From Basidiobolus meristosporus CBS 931.73 (Eukaryota > Fungi > Basidiobolomycota), in assembly GCA_002104905.1 (NCBI GenBank), contig MCFE01000420.1:1-64000 (forward strand): a stretch of 64,000 nucleotides of DNA, in the 5' to 3' direction. Positions within the stretch are counted from its first letter, which is position 1. The number at the start of each line of letters is the position of its first letter. Under the pieces are notes generated by a model. The model saw only the letters and a program-made list of their open reading frames with translations, was not told the origin of the DNA and searched no databases. A program made the position numbers and the translations under genes. Positions 1-11,699 of this stretch are shown one piece after another.

Positions 1-411
1 ACCAAAGCTTACAGACACCTTTAAATATGAGCTCAGTTGGCCAAGTAAGCACCAGCAGCCAGAACAAAGATGCTAAGAGGCTCAGGCCAAGGTATCTCAA
101 AGTGCAGAAAATGTGAAGCAGAGATTTGGTAAGACTAAATCACCAGAAGCATAGAAAGTGGGGAACTTTGTATTGCTGAGAAACAGCACTTGGAAGAAGC
201 TTGTGCCACAATGGATGGGACTTTCAAGATCATTGAGACTGTGCATTTGCAACTTACCAATTAATGTACAAACAAGGTAATAGGCAGGAAGAGTTAATAA
301 GTAAAGGCAGACCAAAGCTTGCAAGACTCACTGACAATACTGAACCATTAAGATATTGCTATCACAAGAAAAGATATTCAGGAGAACCCACTCAACTTCA
401 GTAGGGGAGAA
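1..411 (+). mobile_element. 3' end of a degenerate Ty3/gypsy element (integrase tail and polypurine tract)
   Basis: Positions ~300-411 align with 6885-6980, the end of the next element's pol. PPT AGTAGGGGAGAA at 400-411 is immediately followed by TGTTGTGAT, an LTR start. Confidence 0.75.
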
Positions 412-488
412 TGTTGTGATCTACTGCTTGAATATTTAATTTAAATCAGTGCTTAGTCAAATCAATTAGTTTGATCTTTAGCCTATCA
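412..488 (+). repeat. Truncated LTR (family G1)
   Basis: Starts TGT after the PPT; shares GTCAAATCAATTAGTTT...TTTAGCCTATCA with the LTR at 6981-7362; similarity is lost after ~488. Confidence 0.65.
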
Positions 489-489
489 G

Positions 490-2370
490 CGGGAAGGAGA
501 GATTGTAATGCTTCTAACAACACTTAAAAAATGGAAGACATCAGTTATTTAAAAAGGCATTGTGTATAATGGTGAAGAATGGGCCTGATTCATGTGGTCA
601 TGAGAATTCTATCACAAAATCACCTAGAGACTTGTATAGCATGGGAGCATTACACACTCAAGGCTAAGCTGAATGTGATCAATAAGTTCCATGAACATGA
701 TCCTGGATTAGAGTAAGTAAGCAGAGTTGTGACCAGCATTAGAATGCCAGAAAGTATCTCAAGAATAGCACAAGCTATCAAAGACAGAAGAACAATGCTA
801 CGGTAGCTAAAATAGTGGCTTTCTTACAGGTTTGTCAGCAGCAGGGCTGAAAGCCTATAATAATTGGCAAAAAAGCTTTAAATAGCCAGAAGAGAGCAAG
901 TAGAGGATCAGCAGCAAGGTGTAAGTGTATCACTGCAACCTTAATCAGGTAGAAGATGTAATTGAGTACAAGAAACACTTCATCAATGTGGCATCAATGG
1001 AACTAGTAGCAATAAAGCCTGTAGCTTTCTCAGGAGCCCATTGCTAGCAGGGCTGAAAGCTCAACACATTCATTAGCAAAAGAATCAAAAGCCAGAAAAC
1101 CGCAAAGGGACAAGTAAGTCAAAACATATACACCAGTCCATATCCCCAGTTGTCAACAGAGTGAAGTCCCCACTTACATACAAAGCTATAAAATCAAGAA
1201 CTCAAAGACTACTTTAATGCCTATGGTGGATTTTTGGAATATTAGTGGACACGCTTAGAGGTGGCAGTACTTTTTAAGTAGCAATGACTACAAAAATGTG
1301 CATGAATATTGCAAGGTCTTATTGCAAAAACTGGCAACTGAAGTACCACACCCTGCATTGGTGGCTGAGGAACAGGACATTGGGGTAGTAGCGAGTAAAC
1401 AATGGCATAAAGCTGTAAGGTTCCTGCTAATCATGGGAATAAGGGGCTATTTTAGACCTGGTTATGAAAGGTGGATTTTGATATAGCACCTTGTTGAGTG
1501 TCAGGTCAGTGCTTGGGTACAGAGACTTGTATAGGTTGGTACCATTGGCAACTAAGTTACAATTGAAGCTATGTAGGGTAAAAACCATCTTGTATGCATG
1601 AAAAGTAAGTGCTTTAGTCAAGTCAGGAGGTAAATGGTGGCAGAAGAGGCAATTGCCAATCATAATACACAAATATAGCAGTTGATATACTGTTTGAAAT
1701 CAGAATATGGGAGAATTAGTAGAGAGCCAAGTAAGAGCCACCTATTTAATGTCTTGATTAAAAATAGTCAATATTCCTTGTGAAATCCAGTGCTCACTTT
1801 TTTCTAACAGTCCCTGCAGTGTCCTGCTGGGATCAATACCTTCTAGCTATGGGATTTAAACCTTGCAAATTGAACAGTAAGTCAATGTGCTTGGTAGTCT
1901 TGAACTAATACTTGAGAAGATACTCTTGACTACAACACACTATTCCCCACCACTGAAGGAATACAATGCCTTAGTCCTGGATATGTACTAGTAATACATT
2001 TCCTAAAGATAATGCAGCTTGTCAAATACTCTGAAGCTAAAAACTACTGTACTCAAAACCAATCAAGTACAAGCTTTCCTGAGATAATTGACAACAATTG
2101 CTAACTGCAGTCAGAAACCAGTGCCACTGTTGAAGAACATAAAATTTCTCTCAAACCTTGGCACTTGATGGAATTTTATGAAACACATGCTGTAACAGCA
2201 AGCCCTACTGGCCACTGATTTGCATTAACCTGGATCTGCAGATAACCTCACAGATCTAGAACAGAACTTTTTGTTGGCCAAGCTAGTATTGGGGTTTGAA
2301 TGTCAGTCAAGGCAGAATAGCTACAAGAAGCAGCTTCTGGATCATTTTTATGCCATTCAGCAAGGTATTG
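490..2370 (+). pseudogene. Degenerate copy of an unassigned multicopy ORF (ORF-X)
   Basis: Long stop-riddled frames with FHEHDPGLE*VS and HEYCKVLLQKLATEV...QWHKA, homologous to minus-strand FHEHYPGFKQAS and EYCRDFLQRLTDEV...QWHKA at 12.3-14.0 kb. No family recognised. Confidence 0.6.
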
Positions 2371-2371
2371 A

Positions 2372-5300
2372 TGTTATGATCTGCCAGTTGAATGTTTAAG
2401 TTGAATCAGCTTCTAGTCAAACTAATTTGGTATGTACTGAGCCAATCAGTAAGTCATTATTATCTATCAAATTAATAGGATTAGTCAGCAGATGAATCAG
2501 TGTATGCTACTCAGACATAAATAGGTAAATTAAGTTTTGATTGGGTGATGTAGATATAATCAATTAAGTCATCAGCCACTATCTACATTAGAACGTATAA
2601 TCAGTCAGCAACTGGTCAGACCAACTGTAAACAAGGAGCTGCTAGGACCTCTGTAAGGATCAGCTGAGGTTTAGTGAATACAACACCAGCCAAACTTCTT
2701 ATTCATATACAACTCTCATATCCTTACTGCTAACTTTTGAAGCAGCAATAATCCAAAACCTCCCTCTAGATACTGGAAAACTAAGAATAGAAGAATTTAA
2801 TGCAGCAAATTCTAGCCCAATTACAACTGTTACTCAGATCTTCAGCTAGCAAAAACAAGGAATGACTACCATGGCACAGAACCAGCATAGCTCTGTCAAG
2901 AGCTGATATAGTATGATGGTCAACAAGTTTCATGTCAGAGTTAATGAAACCAGGGTAATTGGCTCTTTCAAATGGAAGAAGCTGTCAAGGTCAAAAATAT
3001 TGCTCTAGAAAGAAGTTTTTTTATGCAGCTTCTTACATTGCCAATGCAGGTTGACAATGGTCCCACAACAAGATCAGGTCAGTGGCTATGATAGCATACT
3101 CTACTATTTCTACCTGGGATAAGTATGTGCTGGAGATCCATGATGCTCAGGAGCCTCCACACCAGCAGACACTATTAAGGAGGAAAATGACAACACTCAG
3201 AGAGAAAGGAATGGTTCAAGAATACATTAATGACTATAGAGGTTTACTTAGACAGATTGAAAGAATGGACTCCTATGAATAAGTTGAATTCTCTATAGAT
3301 GGGTTGAAAGCAAGAATTTGCAAGTATCTGATTTATCAAACACTCCAGACTATTTAAGGAGACATTGAGATTGCCATTGACAATGATACAGCTATATATG
3401 GTGTTGGTAAGCAAGCAGTGTCTGATTGGAAAAGCTGCAATTACTATAATGGAAGACAACTAAAAGCAGTACAAATGATAATAGTTGCTTTGCAATGCAA
3501 TTCAGCTCAGATTAATGTAAGAAGAAAGAACTTTGCTTCAGTTGCCACCAATATAGGAACATTTAGAGTACTGCCATCAGAGAAGTAATGGACACCTGCC
3601 AAAAAGAACCCTTGACCATATTGAAGCCCAAGTATATAGTGCTATGCCAAATGAACTTGAGGTCTCTGAGCTCACATTCCATTTGACAGAAGATCCTAAT
3701 ACCAAATGACCTTCAACTCAGGAAATCAATTTTACTTGATTGGAGTATACAATAGAGTACCTGCCAGATCAAGATTTATGTAGGAGTATCACACAAATAC
3801 ATGTTAGAGGAAGTTGCTTCAAAAGTTGAAATCAATTTGGAATTTACCAAATTAAGTTCAGTACCAACAGCTGATAGGAACTCTTACATCAGCAACCATA
3901 TAAATCAGCCAGAAAGAACAAAGATCAATGACTACAAGAAGACCTACAACCCTACATATTTGTAAACTCAAATTTGACCTGGTATATGGAAGAAATGACT
4001 ATCCAACAATAATCCATCATTCAATCAGAGAAACTTTCCTCTCAGATCCAAAAAGGAAACTAGACCTACAAGCTACTCTGTTATGATCTACCACCTGATA
4101 TTGAAGTTAGATCAGTTTTTGGTATAATCAACTTGTTTATGGTTAGCTTACCAGTATACCAGTTTTATCTATCAAATCAGTAGTGTTTGTCAGCAGATGA
4201 ATCACCTGATCTGTATTAATCAGAAGCACATATATCAAATAACCTCTAACTGGGTGATGATGCAATCAAATGAGTCATTGGCCACAACCAACACTGGGAA
4301 ATACAAGTGGTCAGCAATTGGTCTGGCACAATGTATATAAGGAGCTGCATGAACCTCAATCAGAAATTAGCTCAAGTTTTAGTATGTCCAATACTAGCTA
4401 AACTCCCTATTGCTCTACAACTCTTATATCAAGAGTTGTAACAACTGTTTGCTAGACTGGATTTCAACTTGCTCAAGTCCAGTGTGCTAGACACAGGTGT
4501 ACTTATCAAGACACAGTTCTGCAGACCACTTATGCAAGGTACCCAGATGTTTCTGATGGCAGTATTACATAAGATTCCTCTATTCCAGTCTCTCAGAAAC
4601 TCTAGACATTTTTGAGGAATATTTTGTCATGTTTCCAGATAAACATGTAAGCATTCCACCAGTCAGAGATGCTGGATCAATTCCATGGAGCCACAAGATT
4701 CAGCCAAATCTACCTTGAGCCTGGATATAACTAGATCAGGGTTAATACAGAAAAAATTCCTAAGACTGCATTGCAGATCAGATATAAGCATTACAAGTAC
4801 TTAGTTGTTTGCTTTGGCCTTACCAATTCCCCTGCAACATTCATGGCCTTGACATATACTAACTGCCAAGAGTACTTGGACATGTTTGTGGTAATCTACT
4901 CCAACAATGTATTGATATACAGCAAGACAGAAAAGAACAACTTGGTACATGTGAAAAGGTCATGAAGAATTTAAGAGAGAACTAGCTACATGGCATGCCA
5001 GCAATGTATGAATTCTACGGGCAGCACATTTGGTATCTGATACTTGTAGGCACTAGCACAGGAGTAGCCCTAGAACTCAGAAAATTGGCAATAATCTAAA
5101 GCAGCCCCCTGACATTTCAGAGCTCAGATCATATCACAGAATGGTTCTTTACTACTGGAGATTTTTCAATACATTTAAAAGTAAAGTAGCTCCTTTGGCT
5201 ACTAATGTTAAGATATCTGCACCTTGACATGAAGCATAGCATGCTAGACTGCCTTTCAGCCACCCAGGAATAAACTTGCCAAGCTGCCAAGCTTAAGAGT

Positions 5301-7362
5301 ACCTGACTTCAGAAAAGTGATTACTTTCCACATATATGCTTCAGATGATGCAATTGAAGATGTACTGGGCTAAGAGCATGAGGGAATGAAACACCAAGCT
5401 GCTATTAAGTCCAGGAAAAGATGCTCAGCAGCACAAAACTCTCCAATGCATGGGAAGTAGATGCCTGCCATAATGCACTACTTGATGACATGTAGATGCT
5501 ACATTGTGGGAGTCAAGTGCACTGTGAAGACTGATTGTGCCATTCTCACGAGTATACTTACTCAGAGAGTACAACACAGAAGAATGACACAATAGAGTGA
5601 TTACACTCAGCAATTTGACTTGGAGTTTATAGACTGCCTTGCAAAAAAGCAGTTAATATGCCTTTTCAAGACTAAAATGAATTGTACATTTCAATCTGGT
5701 GCATGAATCAGATTTACACCGCTTATTACCATGGTATCTAGAGGACTAAGCCATTCATCATGAGGTTAATAATAATATGAAGATGATGATCTGGGATGAA
5801 GCCAGCAAATTTGTAGTACTGGATGAAACACCCTATCAGGTTGTTGATGGAAGCCTTATTGCTTAATGCCCCAATGCTGCTTAACTGAACCTATCACACA
5901 AGCTACACAATGAATATTGACATCTTGCAATTGAAAAGACCTACAGCATTGTAAAAGTTAGAGTATAGTAGCATAGAATGAAACAAGATATTGAAAAGCT
6001 AGTGAAGCAATGCCCAAGTTGCCAAACTAACCAAAGCTAACTGTTAGTTGCTGAACTCTTTCCCTTGCAACCTGCTGGACCATTTGAGAGATAGGGAGCT
6101 GGCTTTATTGAAAACTGCCCATTACCAGGAAATGCAATTGATGGATCCTAGTGACAATGGACTATGCAACCAAAAGGCTAGTGACTACACCTTTTCCAGC
6201 TACTAGTGAGCTAGAAGTAGCATGCTTTATTTACCATGAAACCCTGACAAAGTTTGGATTCCCTGTGGAAATCTTATCTGATAGAGGACCAAACTTAAGG
6301 CAAAATCATTGAAAGACCACCAGGAAATGGAATATATCAAGCTTTGCAAACTAAGTGTATCACCATTGTACTAATGGAGTTGCAGAGTGGTTTAGAAGAC
6401 TATTTAGAAAACTGTCAACCAAGTATGCAAATGTAGCTGTCAATAGATGGGATGAGTACATAGACTCAGCATTAATTGCCTGTGGAGGTAGGGTGCACAA
6501 CACTACCAAACAGTTGCCATTTACTTGAAGTATGGATGTGAACTAAGGATTCCAGGAGATCTCACACAACAGAAGCTCACCAACTACTAAGAGGTCAGAC
6601 TCAGTTAACCTAGTAGAAATCAACAACTGGATAATAGTATCAGGAGACACAGGCTAAAATATCTGAAAATGCAAAATAGATAAAGCAGAGATCTGTCAAG
6701 ACTATATCATCAGAGGCTTCGATAACTTGGAACCTTATATTTCTAAGAAGCAGTACTTGCAAGCAGCTTAAGCCTTAATGAGCTGGACCATTCAGGATCA
6801 TGAGAGAATGCCCATTGACTACATATCAGCTAGTAGAAAGACAAAGGAAAATCTAGCAGGATTTATTGCATAGTGGCAGACTCAAGTCTGCAAGACTTAC
6901 TGACAGTGCTGAACCATCAAGAAACTGGTATCACTAGAATAGAGAGTTGGGTGAACCCTTTCAACTTTAGTAGGGAAGATTGTCATTATATACTGTTATT
7001 ATCTACCACATGAATGTTGAAGTTAGATCTGTGTTTGATCAAATCAATTAGTTTTATGTTTAGCCTATCATTATATTGGTGTTATCTATCATATTAGTAG
7101 TATTAGTCTGCAGATGAATCAGCAGATCCTTGTCATACAGAAATGGAAATATTAAATATCATATAATTGGGTGATGATAATGCAATCAAATGAATTATGA
7201 GCCACAACTTACATTAGGAAATACAGTTAGTCAGCAATTGATCTGCAAAAATGTATATAAGGAGCTACTGGAACCTAAATAAAGATCAGTTCACATTTTA
7301 GTGAATACAATACTAGCTAAACTCCTCATTCTTCTGCAACTCTTCCATCAAAACTTGTAGCA
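2372..7362 (+). mobile_element. Degenerate full-length Ty3/gypsy LTR retrotransposon (family G1)
   Basis: LTRs at 2372-~2735 and 6981-7362; gag (EPPHQQTLLRRKMTTLREKGMVQEYINDY); RT (YKYLVVCFGLTNSPATF...VVIYSNNVLIYSKT); RNase H, integrase remnants; PPT TAGTAGGGAAGAT before 6981. Many stops and frameshifts. Confidence 0.85.
4079..4443 (+). repeat. Solo LTR of family G1 nested inside G1 pol
   Basis: TGTTATGATC...GAGTTGTAACA, homologous to 2372-2735 and 6981-7362. Flanked by ACTC/ACTG. Removing the LTR and one 4-bp copy restores collinearity with the sister copy at ~8625-8655. Confidence 0.8.
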
Positions 7363-8880
7363 TTGTTAGCAGCAATAACCAGAAACCTCCCCTTTGAAGA
7401 AAGGAGATGGCCCCCCTCAAGATGTCATGACTACCATGGCACAGCACCAGCAAAACCCTGTCAAGCGCAACTTTAGTGCAAAGGTCAACCAATACAGTGG
7501 TAGAGTCAATGAAAACCTGGGAACTAGGCCCTTCTGGATTGAAAATGCTTTCAAGGCTAAGGGAATTGCTCCAGAAGGCAAGTTGCACTATGCAGCTTCT
7601 TACTTAGCAGATGTAGCTTTGCAGTGGTACCATAACATGATCAGGTCAGCCACTACAATAGGATACTCTTCAATCTCTACCTGGAATGAGTTTGTGTTTG
7701 AAATTCAGGTTGCTTTTGAACCTCCACACCAGCAGACACTACTGTGAAGGAAGCTAAAGACACTGAGACAGAAAGGAATGGTACAAGAATACATCTATGA
7801 GTGTTAATATTAACTTGGACATACTGCACAAATGGACCACCTGGATCAAGTTGAATATTTATTGATGGGCTGAAGCAAAGAACTTGCAAGGAAGTGAGTT
7901 ATTGGAGACCTTGGACTATTGAAGAAGCTAACAAGATTGCAATTGACTAAGGCTCAGCTATGTTTGGAATTGGGAAGCCTGCAGTGACTGATCAGAGAGG
8001 CTACACTCACTGTGAAAGAAGACAATGAGAAGCAGTGCCAATGCAAATAGATGCTATGCAGAAGAATCCCATCCCAGTAGAATGTAAGAAGAAAGGGCTC
8101 TGCTTTAATTGCCACCAGCAAGGACATATTGCAAAGTATTGCCCTCAGAGAAGAAATGAACACCAGTTGTCAAGAACCTTCAGCCATACTGAAGCCCTGG
8201 AGCAAATTTACATGGAGGATGAACTTGAGGAATACTCAGAACTCTCCTTTCATATGGCCAAAGAATACCTATCCCAGATGACCTCAAACTTAGAAAAGCT
8301 ATTATACTTCAATGGAGTACTCAATGGCACACCTGCCAAAATCATGATTGCCTCAGGAGCATTGCATGAGTACTTGTCAGAGCAATTTGCTTTGATAGCT
8401 GGGATCTACTTGGAACTCACTAAATTAACTTTGGTCTCAACAGCCAATAGGAACTCTCACATAATCAACCATATTACTCATCTAGTAAGAATGAAGATCA
8501 ATGACTATGAAGGAGACCTACAGGTCTTTATGTTTGGGAACCGCAAGCTTGACCTTGTACTTAGAAAACCTGACTATTATGTTGCAATCCATCAATCAAC
8601 TGGAGACCCAATGCAGGACAACAAGACCTATGCTCAATTACCTGCCAGACTGGATTTTGGCTTGGTCTACTCCGGTATGTGTGAAACCAGTGAGCTTAGT
8701 AAGACTTGGTTCTGTAGAGCACCTAGAAAAGGTACCCAGATGTTCCACATGGTGGTTTACAGGATGATCCCTCCACCCCAGCACCCCAGAAGGTCTACCA
8801 GTGGACCGACATGTCGCCATGCAGTTTTGTGACATGATACAAGCCACAGGAGCTAAATTCAGAGTGGCATGGGGATTGAG
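7363..8880 (+). mobile_element. 5' half of a tandem G1 Ty3/gypsy copy (gag, zinc knuckle, protease, start of RT)
   Basis: ORFs 7394-7747 (retrotransposon gag: WIENAFKAKGIAPEGKLHYAASYLADVALQWY) and 8035-8832 (CFNCHQQGHIAKYC zinc knuckle; protease-like KIMIASGA). Begins directly after the 6981-7362 LTR; truncated near 8.9 kb. Confidence 0.8.
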
Positions 8881-9199
8881 TACCAGATGCTTGTCCTCAA
8901 TCCTTTTGTACTCTGTCATATCCTGCTCATCATTGATCCAAAAAAAAAGGTCAAAAAATGGATTTTCTCCAGCACAATGGGTGAAACAGATATTGGGTCA
9001 TATCAATTGCAGATTTCCTATTTTAATATGGACTTGTGAGTAAATCATCAATAAAGCCACCATGTCATTGTTTGAGGATGAATTTGCAACATAATGATGA
9101 GATACATGGCAACTGATGAAGATTTAATCATAATGCTTGGAAAATCAAATAAACTAATCTGAGTGCATCAAATTGACTCATATTGCCACTGCCCAATCT

Positions 9200-10100
9200 T
9201 GTACCAGTTTCAATGTGACTACTCCTCTGAATAGTCTCTTCCCATCAATTCCATCACTACCACTGAACTTCCTTTTGGCACATTAGAGAAGATCTATACC
9301 AAGTACTATGGACCATCTACCACAATGTACTCAAGGAGATCCCTTGTTAAGCTTCTCTGCTGTTGCAAGTACTATTACCTTACAGGATTTTATTCCACCA
9401 TTCATGGTTACAGAAGTCCTAAAAGCTTTCATTCCAAGCTGACAGCAACAGAGAACCACCTTGCAGAGCATATGGATGACTCATAGCAAGCTTGGAATAC
9501 TAGTTCCAGAGGCTCCAATAGATTTCCACATCCCAGACTGTTCAGCAACAGGTTCTATATCAGGAGCTTTTTGGACACCTTCCCAGTCAGGAATAACATA
9601 TCTTCTAGAGGGTATAGGTACTTTTATTCTGAAAAATACAAGGCAAACTATGTGAAGTATCAAGCATTGTCCAACATTGAGGGTAACATCATCTGGTCTA
9701 GTGGACCATTTGTTGGAAGTAGGCATGACTAAGCATTCTGGATAGAGAATCATGCATAATCAGTAGAGGGGAGAAATGTATAGTTGACTTAGCTTAAATA
9801 GGAGAGGATAGCCAGAGATTAGGATGTATTACAGCTTATAGGAAGCCAAGGAATGTAGTGCTTAGCAGGAAGCAGAAGCTCCACAAAGAGATATACAATT
9901 GCTTCAGAGTGAGGGGAAAGCATACATTTGGATATCTACAGATATTCAGCATATTGGCAGGTAAATACCAAGGAAAGTCATATACAAGAGAAAACAGCAG
10001 AATTGGTAAAATTGTTAAAGTACTCATTAATGCTCAGTATATTTATACAAGAGGACATCCACTGAGAGAAATGTGTTTGGAGCATTATGAAGAGTAAATA
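9200..10100 (+). mobile_element. PIF/Harbinger-ISL2EU-type DDE transposase relic (DDE_Tnp_4-like)
   Basis: Plus-strand frames give FLDTFPV...FYSEKYKANYVKYQALSNIEGNIIWSSGPFVGSRHD and GEKCIVDLA*IG...AYRKPRNVVLSRKQKLHKEIYNCFRVRGKHTFGYLQIFSIL. This matches the D...GSxHD...DxxYxG...RxxxEHxFG layout of the family. TIRs not found. Confidence 0.7.
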
Positions 10101-10159
10101 AAGCAAGTTAAGCACTGTTCTGCGCAACATAAGTAAGATTGTGTAAAAATACCAGTAAT

Positions 10160-10660
10160 ATCATCCTACCACTGGCACAATGGTAGAAATGGAAGGTTAC
10201 CTGCCTCCATTGCTGGATGAGTTTTGTATGCTTTTTAGCAGGATGCTACTTAGTAGGTATCATATCAAAGAGCATATTATTGCATGCATTGCGGTTACTC
10301 CAGGCATCAGCAAGATGGCCGGCTTTTCTGGGCACAATTGACCGCTTTGCTGCTGAAAGAGTGAGATGTAGAGGATTTACTTCATAGCTCACACACATTA
10401 TTATTTTTTAAACACAAACACTAACAATGTCATCTTCCCACAGAGGGAGCATATAGAAGTCAGCATGCAATTACAGCAAAGTTGGCAAGCTTTGGGCCAT
10501 TGGTCAGAATATGGAGTTAAACAGAAACTCAAGATACTTAAAATGGCAGGTATCTGTTGAAGCAAAATTTTTCCACCAAGAGCAATGCATTTGCTTTTCA
10601 ACAATATCCCTGAGTTAATGACATGGGGCATGTCAAGCTGTATGAGCCCTTGAAGGTACA
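10160..10660 (+). mobile_element. Internal fragment of a CACTA/EnSpm Tnp2-family transposase
   Basis: YLPPLLDEFCML...GISKMAGFSGHN...AMHLLFNNIP; DNA homologous to 15.8-16.3 kb and 27.2-27.7 kb. Confidence 0.75.
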
Positions 10661-10974
10661 GGTGTTGTGTTGTATTATGATTAGTTTGGTGCTTGTTCTA
10701 CAATGTAGAGGCTAATCAACAATTTACAACAGCTTTCAGTATTCTAATACTGAAATAGTTTATTGGGAGTTTGAAATAATAATAGAAGATATAACTTTCA
10801 CTAATATCCTCAATCATAGGCTCAAAATATACTATAGGCAGTGTTTCTCCCTTCTACAGCGGTGTTCTGACCTACTGTTGACTGATGGGCTTATTTACTT
10901 TTATAGTAACTTTTCCTTCTTTGGAAGTCACTTTCCTTTCTGAGAAAATAATTGCTAATATAGAAACTCTGAGC

Positions 10975-11200
10975 TCCCCTTTAGCCTAAAGGGGTGAGTT
11001 GTAGAAATCTCCAAAGGGGTCTTTAGACCTGAAGGGGTGTCTTAAGGGGTGTCTTTAGAGTAAAGGGGCTTCTAGTAGTGGTCTCTAAAGTTGACTTTAC
11101 ACCAAAGGGGTGCCTAAAGGGGCTTCTTTAGAGTGGGGGAGTCTCTTAAAGGGGTCTCTAAAGGGGTGTCTTTAGAGTAAACAGGCTTCTTAGAGGGGAC
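10975..11200. repeat. Irregular tandem array of AAGGGG(T) motifs
   Basis: Nine AAGGGG copies plus two variants in ~220 bp; the longer unit AAGGGGTGTCTTTAGAGTAAA occurs twice. Confidence 0.75.
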
Positions 11201-11699
11201 TTTTCTGACAGAAAAGCGGTAGTTTCTTGTAGAACTTAGATTGGATTCTTGTGAGCTTTGCAGTTTCTTTTCTGATGTAGTACCAATAAAAGTCAGAACA
11301 CTAAGCAGTGCAAGTGATGCAGGGGAAGTCTTATCACCTTTAAACTTGTAATTGTAGTGTGGAGATTCTGGAAAGAGAGGCTCTCCTTTATTTTTCAGCT
11401 GGGGAGGTCATATATATGAAATTTCTGAGGATCAAAGTTTTTGGGCAATTGCGCAAGCTATACCCATGATACAATGCTAAAATTTGACAGTGGCGCAGAT
11501 TGGACATAGGTGCAGCACCTGTAAGAATTTCACGTGATTTGATTGGCTGGTTCTGAAAGTTACATGCAACCAAAGTCACCATAGCAATCTTAGCAATAGT
11601 GGCCTAGTATTTATAATAATTGGACTCTTTTGGTCACAACTCCTTAAGTGCTGCTTCAAATGTGCTGTAATTTCAAAAATTTGTTGGCTACTGCATGTT

